From contig NMRA01000231.1 in assembly GCA_002633005.1 (NCBI GenBank), forward strand, positions 376,082 through 440,081: 64,000 bases of DNA. The letters are read 5' to 3'. Within the stretch, counting starts at the first letter, position 1. Each line of letters begins with the position of its first letter. The position numbers and the translations under genes were made by a program. Of the stretch, positions 25,800-39,049 are shown one piece after another. Below the pieces are notes generated by a model, which was given only the letters and a program-made list of their open reading frames with translations, was not told the DNA's origin and searched no databases. The stretch is from Phoronis australis (taxonomy: Eukaryota > Animalia > Phoronida).

Positions 25800-27200
25800 T
25801 TATGGTGACAGACAGTGCTCAACGTGATTTTTTCACGGGCAAGTTAAAACAGTAATAACTAATTAATGATATGGGGAATCATTCTGAAACCCACAACAAA
25901 AATCACATGTAGTTGTAGATTCTGCACCTGACTGCCAGAGAACAGAACAATTGCCTAGAAATTAAAAAAAAAATTATAGTGAGTGAGAGGTGTCAATAAC
26001 ATGACCGAACAGAAATGCCACACAAAATCAGTGACGTAAATTTATCCTGACAGACAATTTGGTATGGAGTTGTCCACAAAATCAACGTTCTGAGAAACAC
26101 AACAGTCAGAAAAAAAAATTATATCAGTGACAGCCACTAAGGCCTGAGCTCACATATAAGAATCATTGTCTTATGTGAATATTATGCAATGTACACTTCC
26201 GTCACACATTCAATAAAAATGTGGGAAACATGTTTTAACGACAACCAAAAATACCACATTAATACATACTGTAGGCAGTTGCAAAGATACTATACTACAT
26301 TTTGGTAATGGTGCAACTGGGAAACTAGTTTTGAGAAGTGTATATATGTGAAATTATGTCACGTGAAAGAGGTGAAGATGATAAAGGCTATTTTCTGTGT
26401 GAAGTCCATAGGAACACGACAACTACTGTATTCTAACTCATATTTTCCCATGACTTCTAAGCAGACAAACAATATACTGCATATAAACTTTGAAACAGTC
26501 TGGAGTTCAAATTATAGCTTAATGCATAACGGGTTTTTGTGGTGCTTTAATAGCACGACTACCAAATTTTCTTAAGCAAAATCACAACAGAGATATCTAA
26601 ATGTGGTAACTGATCTAACGGACTGGCTCACATACATGTATGACACACCTATGTTAACTGTTCAAAATACAGGTGATCTCGCTTACACGTACCTCCTCAT
26701 CCCATACTGTACAAGTAACTTTTCAGTCTGCATATCGAATGCTGGACCACTTTAAAGTAAAAAGTGATATTTAATGCAGCTACAATATGATTTAACATTC
26801 ATCGGCCAGATAATTTATCCAAAGTAGAATTGAGAACGCGAGATATCTAAATGTGTTAAAAGATCTAAATGGCTGTGCATTGGCTCAAGCATGACACTCA
26901 TGATGTTAACAATCCAAGATGCAGACGATCTTGGCACCTCCCTTAACTAAAAATCACATACCATACAAATAACGCATATACTGCAAAAACAATGATGGAA
27001 CAAAATAAAGTAAAAAAAGATATTTATTGTGACTCCAATCTGGTTCACACTGGTCATCCAGTTAAGTGATACAAAGTGCCATGGGAAAACGAGATATCTA
27101 AATGTGTTCTTTGATCTAAATGCGCGTGAGTTGGTTCAAGTTTGACATTCCCAAAGTTAACCTTTCAAAATACAGGACCCATCCCTTAACTTGTCATCAC
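25800..27200 (-). pseudogene. LRR-containing GPCR (LGR/GRL101-like) remnant
   Basis: Three LxxLxHLDIS-type units and LNSRLFQSLY. Then LQYVLMWYF (TM1-like), LVAVTDIIFFLTVVFL (TM2 LAxxD), FTSLILCGIS (TM3 Cys) and AIVLF. Confidence 0.5.
26580..27200. repeat. Tandem triplication of an about 250-bp LRR-coding unit
   Basis: gagatatctaaatgtg at 26590, 26840 and 27091, each followed by gatctaa...tgaca...gttaac. Confidence 0.8.
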
Positions 27201-27269
27201 ATATGCTACCTGAAACTCGACAGTCTGCATGAGTCCCCACCTTTGCTTAAGCTTGTACATAAGGCCTCG

Positions 27270-27730
27270 CTTTTTAGCTTAGTGAGGTTGAGTGTAATAT
27301 GGATTTGGAAGATGGAAACTGAAATACCAGCGAAGTTTCCACCAGAACACTGACAAAATATCATAAGTTTTATTAACAAAATCACTGACTACAATTCTTG
27401 CTACATTGCATTTTGCATTTGCCTCAATTTCTACAATATGACATCAATACCATCTGGTTAAATCACTCTGACAACCCAAAAGACAGTGCAATGTTCGGAT
27501 GAAGATAAAATCCGGAATATTGCTGGACATCAGTGAGTGTCAACTTCATTATCTCCCTAATTTGACCATTTACAGCCCTGATCAAGGCAGTCTAGCGTAA
27601 AATAGAAACGTTTATCCTGCGGTGGTGTCAGTCAGCCTTCCTCCGTAAACTGCATATCCGTCTTCATAGCCTGTGCAGTTCTTACGGCGTCTGCTTTGTT
27701 GTTCTCCTTTCTGAAAATTGACAGGTATTA
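27270..27730 (+). pseudogene. LRR + transmembrane fragment, copy 2
   Basis: ETEIPAKFPPEH...SFINKITD (LRRNT/LRR1-like), NMTSIPSG, ILLDISECQLHYLPNL and ISVFIACAVLTASALLFSFLK. Confidence 0.55.
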
Positions 27731-27779
27731 AACACTCTCGAATTATAGACTTTTTGAAGAACTTCGCAAAGTCCAGCCA

Positions 27780-28905
27780 CTACACAGGTGTGACTGCCGC
27801 TAAGTGACCCAATGACTTTAGCTGAGATAATTTATTTGACCCATGGCGTGTAATATGTAAAACATCCCTAAGCACAACCAGAAAAAAATCTGTGGGCACT
27901 TGATTTATTTTTGCCAGTTTGACCGGATTTCTTTGGGCATCAAGAGGATATCATATCCAGGTCCTAGATGTTGACATAGCAACACACTATGATTTTGCCG
28001 GAGAACTACATGTACATAATTCACTGACAGCCGACGTGAAAAGAAATTGTAGCATGAAAGTTGTCAGTTAAAATTGGAATTTAGAATGCTATGAGTACAG
28101 CATTCCTCAAAATATGTGTATGAAAAATACTTCATGTAATGAACAAAAACGAAGACACATACATGTAACAACAGTAATAGTTCTTGAAAAGTGAATGTCA
28201 ATGAGATATTGCATTTTAGGCTTGCAACACGTGGCCACTAGATGCACATAATCTCGGACTGGAACTTACAACAAACACAGGACACTACTAGTAAGTGGAC
28301 TCAATAGGTTTTGGCTAGCATACTGTAGACTCAAGCAACAGGGACTTAGGAACTCAAGACTGTTCACCAATTGTTTAGTGATGCAGGCATACATGTAGGA
28401 CAACTGAATTTGAACATTGAGCACAATAAAAAGCTCTGTCTGTACTGTTCAAAAAAGTATTGTCGTTACATTTTTTGATACATGCATGGTCACCCAAATT
28501 ATGAATTTCCTGAAAGGAGAACCAGTAACTTGCACTGCAGGGTAATGTAATAGAATAACAACTGTTGTTTCTAGTGGTGCTAACTGGTTCTCAAATCAGG
28601 TATCCATAAAACTGACTATTACTGCCAAAATGCTACAATCATGTGATAACTTCAATTCAAACAAAGAAGTAGAAGTTCTCACCAGATCCAACAGGAACGA
28701 ACACGTGCATTGACAATGTTGAGTTCCAGTGGAAGTAAGTTGACTTTAGATATTTCAACCAGCATCATCACTTCAGGCTTGGCATGCGAGCTACTAGAAT
28801 TGAAATGTGTTTGCACAGTTTACTGTGTTTCTATAGAATTCCAAGATGAGCCCGGTGTCTTGCCCTTGCCTTGGACGCAGTCACACAGGTCCGGTGAACA
28901 CGCAT
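27780..28905 (-). pseudogene. LRRNT + LRR ectodomain remnant, copy 2
   Basis: ACSPDLCDC...TVNCANT, SPFRKFIIWVTMHVSKN, LDAQRNP, INQVPTDFF and NKLSQLKSLG. Confidence 0.5.
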
Positions 28906-29091
28906 TCGTAAAAAGACGATAACATAGTTGCTAGGGTAGTCGATGCGAATATAGGGAGCGCTGAAACAGCACGACTTTTCGTGGTTTTGCATTTCACATC
29001 ATAGCTGAAGAGTTCCATAGCAACGCGAGTACGAATCTCAGATTTGAGTACGTTTGCAGTCTACTCGAAAATTAAATACGCTTTTTCTAGT

Positions 29092-29177
29092 ACGACTCCA
29101 GTAAGGACAATTTTGGGTATGAAATCTCGAGTATGAATATGAGCTTGAGTACGGAGATATAAGACCGGACCCCGGAG
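29092..29177. repeat. Second right end of element B; direct repeat of 24085-24165
   Basis: acgactccagt...caattttg...aatctc.agtatga.tatgag...aagaccg...cc.gg at both sites. Confidence 0.7.
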
Positions 29178-32100
29178 TCACAGTCGACGGAGGTGGGGTG
29201 CGTCAACGGTGACTTTATTCATTTCCAAAACATTTCTATAATAAAATGCAGTTGCATGCTTCCTGTACTAGGTATTTGTTAAATATTAATTTTTTGATAA
29301 GAAATAAAATAAAATGAGTTTATTGACCCGTTCTGTGCTGAACATTCGTTACAACGACACCCGGCAACACTGTACACAATCGGTAGTCGAGCTATAGAGG
29401 CATTCATTTCCCGTTATGCAACTGCGGCGGCAAATTCAAATATGGCGGATTTGCACATTCGCTATTGTGAAATATAGGTTAAAACAGTAAAAACTGATGC
29501 CTCAAAAATTCAATATCATTGCTATGAATGACGGAAAATAGTTAAAGATGATAAAAAATTGATATTTCAGCTTGGTTCTGGGGAAGCATGGTACATTCAG
29601 GGTGTAGGTACCGAGACAAGCTTCATATCACTTTTTAAATAGAGATGCAAAGATGTTGATCAGCAAAAATGGCAAGAAATTGTGAACAATTTGAATAAGT
29701 TAGAAATTTACAGAAATTTCAGTTAAGCATGGTATTTTGAAAATTATTTAGATGCAATTGACAATATAAAAATTCGACCTGATATGGTAAGATTAAGATA
29801 TTCAGTGCACATGCACTAATGGTTGAAAAGGGTAGACACTTGACTCTTACCAGTCCAGAAAGATCATACCCTGTCTGTATTAGGTCATACGTCGATTCAG
29901 AATATCATTTTGTTACCGAATGTCCATTCTATAATGACATTATGAAATAGTACATGTATCTGCCTGCACGGAGCTTCAAAAATCCCAGCGTTACAAAATT
30001 CGTCAGACTCATGACTGACGGAAAAATATCTTGTATGGTCAACATGTAAACATGTTCAGTTCGCCTTCAAGCCAAAAGCAGATAATATTGCTGGTAGTGT
30101 TTAACTTTGGCCTGTACGCTATTCGATGTTTTGATTATAACAAGGAGCATTTAATGAATTTGCAAGTTTGGTATTGTGTGGGCAATACTTGTTAAGAATG
30201 ATTCCATATAAAAACCATATGAAAATGAAAAATCACTATATACTCAAAAATTCATACAGAACTAATACTTTGTGCATGTGTTGGGATGCTGGCCCAAAGT
30301 GCACTGCTGCAATATTTGCACTCAATGACCTTTGGTTACCGAGATATGACCTATTTGGCTATAAAGTCATATTTTGCATTTTTTCATGTCAGTAAAACTG
30401 CATTTTTTGAACGGCAAAAAATCAGACTTGGAAAACTGGTGACAAAGTTTGACATTGATGGTCATAAAGACTCATGTAAGGTTAGTAAGAAAATGAAATT
30501 TGCAACTCATAGGTACAATTAAATTTCCAGCAGGGGAGAAAACTCCAAGACCACTTTTCAGGCCAGTCACAAGTGGCAAGATGTTGCTTAACCTGCNCAC
30601 CCAGTGGTGAGGCGGGGGTCAGCCGCTTTTCACTAAATTTGACACATAGGTAATCCTATGGGATCTATAAACATTGGTAAAATATTTCCTCAAAATATTA
30701 CATTCTATGAAAGTTATACGCTCAAACACATTTTACGGCTTCACGCCATGTTTTCACGTTGCAAATGTCCAAATCCAATTGTTTATATTTTTCCTTGAAC
30801 GAAATCTATTGAACTATTATTCACTATTGGATATGTTAAGTGGTGCCTGTAGATTTTTGCACAGATGTCATGAAAAAAAAAGATTCCGATTTACCACCCT
30901 CATTTAGTACTGGCTGCCCCCCGTTATGTCATTTTGAGTTTATGTTCAATACACTGCTATAGTAAAACTGCCCACACTGCTATGGGAATAAAACTTAGCC
31001 AAAATGTTGACAAAACATGTTACTTTCATTTCACAAAATTAAAACTTTGTCAGCCACTTTATGAGTAAAACATTTTGTCACCTCAAATGTACTAAAATGA
31101 AAAATTTTGAAGTATCTGAGATCTTTGCGGGAGCATGTAAATCAGATTGTCCTTAATGATGTTCGATATTTTGCAACGATTTTGTTCCTCCGGAATGTCT
31201 TGAATGCTCTACTAATTACTACCTAGAACTATTGTACTCCTAGATACCAAACATGGCTCCATTTTTGTAAAAAGCCGATTATGTCCTCCCCAGTGAACAG
31301 GGTTAGATGTTAACTTAACAAATGTGGGTTTTTTGGTTTACAGTTGTTATGACTTGCAATTTCCTAATGGGTATTTCTTCACACATATTCAAGTCAGATT
31401 TTCTGTTGATCAAATGTTTATGAATCCATTGTAATATCGAACGAATAATAAGTTTGTGAAATGATCAAAATTTTTCATACTAACAAAACAAAAGGCCACA
31501 AAAAAGTTCCTGGCGAAAAAAACGGGTTTGCAGCTCTCTAAAAACGTTCCAGTGACAAGATAAACTCCATCACTGTTCATGGCAACTCGTTGCATGTATA
31601 TCGCGCATCAGTCTTATCATTGTTTTCCTTTGTTGTGTCATTGTTGAATATATATTCACACTAGTTCCAGTTCTTGTGGTGTCCAGGATGGTTCTATGAG
31701 CATGGCTCTTGGGCTTCAAGCGGTTTTAATTGCCTCTAAAGTGATTTTTACCGTGTTGCCAGGGCAGTTCTGGTGAGCTACAAGTAACAGTCACCCAACA
31801 GGAAAAAAACTGGGTGAATGACTACAGTAACCGGGACTAGAACTGCGCAATTCTCACCAAAGACCCTTCCTTATTAGTCCCCATGAGCACTTCCCAGGGT
31901 AACGTGGAGGCGGGAACTACTAAAACTGCAAAAGCGATATGAACTGGTGAGGCCACCACTTACCCCGTACCTAGAGACTGCACTAGAACTGCTACGGGCA
32001 TGGCGAGGCAGGAACAGCCGATAACCACGAACAATAGAAATGACGTCATATGCAATGATAAACAGTTTATTTGCACGCCTTTTCATATGTACTGTACCCA

Positions 32101-32259
32101 CAGTATTTTTGATACAAATAAAAATCATGCAAGAGCAACACAAAGTATTGCTATGTGTCCACGAGTATATCACAAACAGGATGCTACCCAAGATTGCTCA
32201 TTAATTTCACATGTACATGTAATTCAACAAAGCGAACAGGGAATTTCTTTTCAAAACTA

Positions 32260-32700
32260 ATTCAGCAAAGGGATGACATGGTAGATGAATCAGTACAGAA
32301 TCACCTGGTGCTTGCGCGTTTCTACCATGAACTTCCGAAGGTGTTTTGTCAAAAACCGAGAGCTACAGACAAAAGTTCACAAAAAGGAAATATCCTTTGA
32401 AAGGTAAAACCGAAATGGGATGCTAGGTTGGTTGAAACGGTCGAGCAATCCTACCACACATTATTTGTCAAATGTGGTCAAAATATCGTTTGTTATGCCG
32501 ACAACTGACAATCAAGGAAGTTCTTGACGAAAATGATAAGGGCCAACGTGGCTTGAAAAGGTAGCCTAATTCGACTGAATATCGGCGGGTGGTTGCGCAT
32601 CCTCGCAAGATATATTCATACGTGAAGCATTTTTGAGACAATCAGCAAGACAAGCAAAGGTAACGACGATCATAATGCTGACTACATGTATATGGGGGCA
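32260..32700 (+). mobile_element. Gypsy-like pol (RT connection/RNase H) remnant
   Basis: SVQNHLVLARFYHELPKVF...QKGNIL...W...EQSYHTL resembles V.SFLGLA.FY..FIP.F...KG..F.W....AF..L. Heavily decayed. Confidence 0.45.
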
Positions 32701-33376
32701 GTTTGGTGTGCCATTCTTCTTTAACAATCCGATACACAGTTCCATCCTCAACAGAGATTGGTGAGATATTTTTACCGTAGTTACCAGCAAATTCCAGTTG
32801 TGCTTACACAAGCACACGCATCCATGGGGCGCTGCGCTGCGCACATCACCTAGGATCGATGAGCGAAGCGGTCAAGATAGCGGGTCGCTGTCAAAAGGCT
32901 CTCCTAAGTAGACCTAACCTTCGTTTTAGCTGTTAGTATATAGTTTAATTTCGTTCCCATCAAATATAAAATCACGCAACGTGGTGAATGCCTTCGACTC
33001 CAGACGAATGCAAGGTCAATCTCTGAACTATACACGACATATAGCCAAAGGTAAGTTGCACTATACCTGTGCAAGGAATGCTGCCAAATTTTGAACGGCT
33101 ATTACCAGTGTTCCAGCTTCAGCAAATAAATCTGCTGGCCTGCGGGCCACCTACCTGCATATGAGACCACACCCACATAGGTCCCATATGTGAAAATTTA
33201 TTGGCCCTGGGCCATTTTCCCAGCGTGTATTTCGAGTGATAGGCATAACTCGGGCCCACTACCTCCATTGAAAAGCTTGCGCAGAATGCCACACTGAATT
33301 TACGCACCACACTCAGCCCGTTTTGCTCAAAATTGTTCTGTCCTTTCATCATCAAATCTGCTCCACCACGACATAC

Positions 33377-33962
33377 TCGCTGGTTCCCTGCGTGCCGCTA
33401 GGTGGGTCGGTACCAGCACGCAGGTATCACTTAATTTTCCTCGGTAAATTTTTTACACCGGCGTTTCTGATTGGCTAGTCGAATTCTCAACAGGCAGCGC
33501 TTTACGCAAATAAACTGGCATGACTGATGGACTGAAGTGTAAATGTGGTCTGTTGTTCAGAGAAATCGGTGCTTAAAATTTATGTTCAGGAAATGTGAAG
33601 CCTAGAAATTGTGATTGCGCCTTTACGGAATGCATCTTTCTACTGTCGATGACTTTTGTTTACGATAGTGTCCTGTATTCATACAGTATGAATAACACAC
33701 CGGTTAAATCGGCCAGATATGTGTTTATTGTACATGTATGTGCTTCAAGCACGCGGCTATTAAACATCACTGCAGAAACGAAATAGTTGCTGCGACGCCA
33801 CTTGCATGACAAGGCTAAAAATCGTTCACAGTCCGCCATTTTTTCACGGTGTTGTAAAGCTAACCAATGACTGCCGAGGTTACATCGACCAATGCTAAAG
33901 CGCGTGCCACTGCGTGATACCTGCATGCTGGCTGGGCTGAGCCGGAAGCAGGGAACCAGCGA
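33377..33962. mobile_element. MITE with about 50-bp imperfect TIRs
   Basis: tcgctggttccctgc...ccagcacgcaggtatcac at the left; gtgatacctgcatgctgg...gcagggaaccagcga at the right. Confidence 0.75.
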
Positions 33963-34168
33963 ACAGGGCATACTGAAATTAAGCCATCAACAGCTCACGC
34001 GTTGGGAACACACGCCACCGATAACTGCGTTTTTAAAATTACTCATTTTAAAGGAGATTGCCACCCGATTCAATTAGCCTTTTTTGCCTTTTCATCGGTC
34101 TATATCCACATTGCCTCTTATACCGTCGACCTCACTTTGCCGAGAGGTCGCTTTAACTTGTTAGGAAG

Positions 34169-34426
34169 ATGAGAAACGATGCAGCTTGTCCGAACTATGA
34201 AGCTGCGAAGAAAGCGGGAATATCGTTTTTTCGACCTCCGCGAGAGCCCGAAATGTTTAGGAAGTGGCTCCCAGTTGTGAAGAATGAAAGGTGCGCTGTT
34301 AATAGCAAGTATGAAGCCGTGAAACATCTCCGTGTCTGTGGCCGGAATTCGTCTACGACGAATTCCGGCTTACCACAGAAATATCCAAAGTTCCGTTGTC
34401 TGTGCATGTTCACGGCTTCTCTCTAG
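34169..34426 (+). pseudogene. THAP zinc-finger remnant, probably transposon-derived
   Basis: AACPN...GISFFRPPREPEMFRKWL...LRVCGRNS matches THAP C..C.N...SFFRFP.D...R.KW...RVCS.HF. The first Cys and the His are lost. Confidence 0.7.
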
Positions 34427-35689
34427 TATTTCTTGATCAGTGTATTCCGGTTCAAAATGATATCCTGTGAAACCTAACAATCCGACCCGTGAAGTCTTCG
34501 TCGCCTGACCTCTTGACTAAATTGGGATTGGCGCTGGTCGAGTTGCCGTTTATTAGTAGATGTTTATTATTCTGCGTTCAGTTTCAAAATGAATTATTCT
34601 CATCCTAACCAATGCTTACATGTACTGTATATGAGACTGAAACAAAGTCTGCCTCATTAGATACAATTTGTAATGCCTTGGAGTGCTTGTGAGTGCAAAT
34701 GTTTTGAGAAGCCAGCAATGAATAAACCACTGTGTTACCGGCTTTTGATCCCGGCAACAAAGGTAATTGATCGGGCACCGAGGGCGGGTGAGCGCATGCT
34801 AATTCAGTGTTTGCTGACAGAAAGCTGTTGTGAAACAATTACTCGATTTTATATGCTATGGTCACATATTAGGGTAATATTTATTTAGAAATGCAAATAC
34901 ATTAAACAAATCATTGTTACTGTACAACCTTTGCCCTGACGGTCTGTGGAAGGGTAACCCGACATCGCGGCCCCCAACAATTACGTAGATTTTCAGTTTC
35001 GTGGCTAATTCACATAAATACTTACTTATTTCTTTGGCTCACTATTATAGTCTTTTCGTGACTGAAGGTTTAGTTTCAAACTCAAGCTGGTTTATGTTCG
35101 TGCCACTCCCGGCGACCGCGACGGGCCTGATCTGATTCCGAGCCATTGACCGGGATACCAAGCGTTTTGTGTGTTTAGGATTCAAAAATCAAAAGTATAA
35201 CAACACAGATCTAGGTTCTCCTGTCTGTTTTTCAGGGAAGAATAATTCGAATTTATCTCCGAGCAGACCCCAATTTCCTCAGTGCCACGGACTTTGGTAT
35301 ATTGGCCTGCCGAACTTTATAGTTTACGGTGTGTCCAAATACCAGAAAATCCGTAACAGCGAAATAAACAACACGTTTTTACAAGAACTCGATCTATTTT
35401 TAAGGGTCAATTACGTCATTGGATAATTTCAACACACCCGTCTTCCGTCAGGCGTCAGCTATTTAACGCAACCAAATGTGTCGTTGTCTAGTAGAACTAC
35501 TCGATCTAAATTAAATACAAAATAGGTTGTTTTGGGGTGGCATTCTTCTTTAAAGACGCGGGCTAAACGTCGACTAGAACTTGAATCGAAAATGATTAGC
35601 TTTCCAAAAGTACTTTAATCGTCTGTGCAGACGTACTGGGGCTTACATGTAAGTTATTGCCTATCAAAATTTGATCAGTATTATCCATG

Positions 35690-36450
35690 ACATGATGCAC
35701 CTTCTGCATGACTATTTGACAAATTTTGTCACTGTGATTTGTGCCTTGAAATCTACCAGTAGAGTTTTTGAATGTGATAAAGTAATAATCATGTAAGTGC
35801 GTATTTTGTTAAACATTCGTCATTGATTTTGCTGAGGTGCTCGTCATTAATGTTTTTTCCACTGAGGAACTGATACAGCCTGTCTTCACTTTCTGCCTCG
35901 GGCTCCTGAACAAACATATGAAGCACAACTATTCAGCCCGGAAGATATTTCTGAGTAGTGTGATTTCACTTGAAAACAATCTAAGTAAGGTGAACACCTT
36001 GAAATTGGTAAAGAGTTCGCCAAGAGTTCATGTTTGCTCAGTATGAACACAAGCTTACCATTAGATCAACTGTGCAGAGTATTTACAATGCAAGGGGCGG
36101 ACAAATGCAGAGCCATGTTTATGGGACATTCATTAGAACTCCAGAAAGCTCTTACTTCGAAGAGCTGTTACTCCGAAGTTATATTTTTGGAGTAACTATT
36201 CGTTGGAATAAGGACGCAACACACAACGCATGGCGACCTTCCTCTGAACCTACAGTTCTTTGTCTACGGCCATTTCTCTATTAGTTAGGACAATCTAATA
36301 GTACAAAATTCGGCATACCTCTCTATTCGTTCGAGAAATAGGTTGTTCGCATCTTGTCCCTGTATAACTTGCGTAAATTTGGAAAATTGGTGTTATTCTC
36401 TAATAGTTCGTGCGTCTACCTTTGTCCAGAGCTATTAGTTTCAACACAAA
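35690..36450 (+). pseudogene. Signal/LRRNT/LRR ectodomain remnant
   Basis: SCKCVFC...VINVFSTEELIQP, NLSKVNTLKL and YGTFIRTP...FEELLLRS. Confidence 0.45.
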
Positions 36451-36929
36451 GATGTCAAGACCATTAATCCGAAGGCTAAAATAACATTATTACGAACTCT
36501 TGTTTTTTTCTTGTTCTACACTCTTAAGGTACATGTAGGTATATACATAAACACATGCCGCGAGTGGCGTTGATGAAGAACAGTAATATCACACTCGACA
36601 TTATTCAGCGCATCGACGCAAAGTAATGTCTTGTGGGATATTACTTTATCTACGCCAATCGAGGTGCACTTTGCATTTATTCCATACGCTTGGAATTCCT
36701 AATGTTCTTTCATTTTCGGCAGACTTTTAAATACTTTACGAGGCTGATCACATCCTATATGTATTTACATGGGCGTTAGGTTGCAAAGTTTTCTCTAGTA
36801 AAGGAAACAGTTTTGAATACAATTGTTTATTATTTGAAAAGAGATAACAAAGATGAAAACAACGTGCATTGAACTTGTAACATTTCATTAAAATAGTTAA
36901 ATGACAATAGTTGATATTGTTGTTACAAG

Positions 36930-37255
36930 GAATCGGGGCCTGAGTTTCTGACGATATAGAATTTAGCTATTGAAAACTTAGACAGAAGAGTCTTAGAATT
37001 AACAGTTTTGTTCCAGAAATTACGTTTGGGACCTGATTGCATGTTGAGTGTTATTTGAACTGTTGCAATTGTAGTAGATGAAACTATTTTCGGAAAGATT
37101 GATGATTGAACCGACTAACAACGTCGGGTCGATGGTGACCTACATGTACCTTTTGAACTTTCCGTGTCAGAGGTTATTGGTGAAGTAGTGCAGGAAAAAA
37201 CTATCACATGGTCATACTGCATTCGACTGATTCAACGCGTATGGGAAAATATTGC
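36930..37255. repeat. Dispersed duplicate of 46330-46650 (Ser/Thr-rich on the minus strand)
   Basis: Shared attgaaaact, tgttccaga, cttttgaac, tgtcagagg, tgaagtagtgc, gattcaa.gcgtatggga in the same order. Confidence 0.8.
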
Positions 37256-37499
37256 TACATGATTTTCCTTTTGCTATAAACATGTGTTGCATACTTGAAA
37301 CTTTAGTAAAAATATGGTCGCATCACCAAGTTTATAAACTATAAACATGGTGTCCAATATCAAGGTCCAGGTGAAAGATAAATTAAAGCACAAATAACGT
37401 GAAGAACTATGTGTCACAAAACCCAGCAATTTTCCTATACTCCTGACATCAGTGTATCATCATGTTCCGTGTTTGTCATTAATTTCTTATTTTAGAGAT

Positions 37500-38050
37500 A
37501 TATGCATATACTGTCGGGTTTTCGTAGTGTAATATACAAATCGGCATGTTACGTACATACATGTACAAACTTCCAAAAGCGTTATTATTTGGTAAGATTT
37601 AATTCAACCGACAGCAGCTTAAGCACGTACAATGGCAGACTTGTCAGTCTTTCATCGAGTAACCGCAACTTGTGTTTAACTTGCGTTGCCTTTTATTTCA
37701 GGTTGCAAGCAGGCCAGGGAATTCGTTTACGTGCACTAGTCTACTTGGTGATTCTTATTTTTTTTCTCCATATTTCATTCAATATGGCGGATAGCATTGC
37801 CCTTCTACATGTTTTGGTTTAGAATTGGAAAGACCTACCTTGTGGTGAACAATGCGAAAAGTTCGAAGGTATGACTAAAGAAGACGTGAAGCTCTTTTAC
37901 TGATTTCGGGGGAAAAAAGACTTCGACGCCTGCAGGTGTTCTTTTATCTGTAGAGAAATATAAGAAGTTATACAATTCACTTCACCCTGTCATCCTTAAT
38001 GTTAGTCTTGAAAGCTGACATGAAATATTGAATGTGAAAACATGTTACCA
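37500..38050 (+). pseudogene. LRR/LRRCT fragment
   Basis: RLVSLSSSNRNL, LRALVYL...LHISFN and GKKDFDACRCS. Confidence 0.4.
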
Positions 38051-39049
38051 TGCTGCGCCTTAAATTCTCGAAAAAAGTGTTACCGTGGTTTTTATTTCAA
38101 AGCCAGTTTGTACTTAAAATAGCTCATGCTTCTCCTTGTTCGCTACATGAAACGTGATAAGTATTTTCAAATACGCCCGATGGTATTGTGTAAACAGAAA
38201 TTGCTTTTGCATTACACTCAGGTTCTCATTCACCCCAGTGCATACAGTCATTAGAAAGACCACCTCCTGTTCTCCGGATGACGTCATATTTGAACTAAAC
38301 CCTCACGTCTCGAGGATGCAGCCACAAGGAACCAACAAGGTTTCACAGATAATGAACCTAGGGCCAGCGCAGTGAGGGGCAGACGGGTGCCGCCTCAAGA
38401 AATCTTAGCTGATATCTAACAATGTGAAAATACAAAATTCGATGAACTAAAGCTAGTCGCTGGTCAGCTCAGCTATGATTCAGTCGAGACGGGAAGCTTA
38501 GCTCGTACCTCTTACCTATCTGTCTGCACTGGCTCTAAGGTTATGATTCGTTTCTGATGATCCTTTTTCGGAAAAGATAACTTTATCATGGTCATTCTTT
38601 GTAGGAATATTTTGAATAGGTGAGGTCCCTGGTATAGTGCCTTTGGCAATGTTTCAAAGTCCATTGTTGAAACAGGGCCGGTAGTTCATTTTCTGGTGGC
38701 TGGAGGAAAACGATACAAGGTGTGTCCCAAAAATATTCACACTTCAACGTCTGGAGTTCAAATTCAGTTTCCATTAACACTAAGCTTCTGCATGAGTGTA
38801 CAGCATGGTTGCACAATATTTTTAAGGTGGTTGCGTCAGTCATGACGTGCTCCGAGCAAACGATTTAGTTTTGAAGAACACTCATTCATTGCTCAATAAT
38901 ACTGAAAACCAAGAAAGTCAAGGAAGTTCAAAGACAACCTTTCCAAGCTAATGAGCAATGAATTTAATTTGATTTACAAGTTTTAAAGGACTAAGATTTC
39001 TTACACTTTGTGAAATTTAACCAGTAATCCAGTTCTACCAAGCAGGGTG

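Noticed and set aside
15135-28905. Endogenous large DNA virus explaining the tightly packed intronless genes
   Set aside because: No viral hallmark genes (polymerase, capsid, packaging ATPase) recognised.
29390-31900. Probable DNA-transposon-derived region
   Set aside because: TE-like composition, but no TIR pair, TSD or protein motif I could support.
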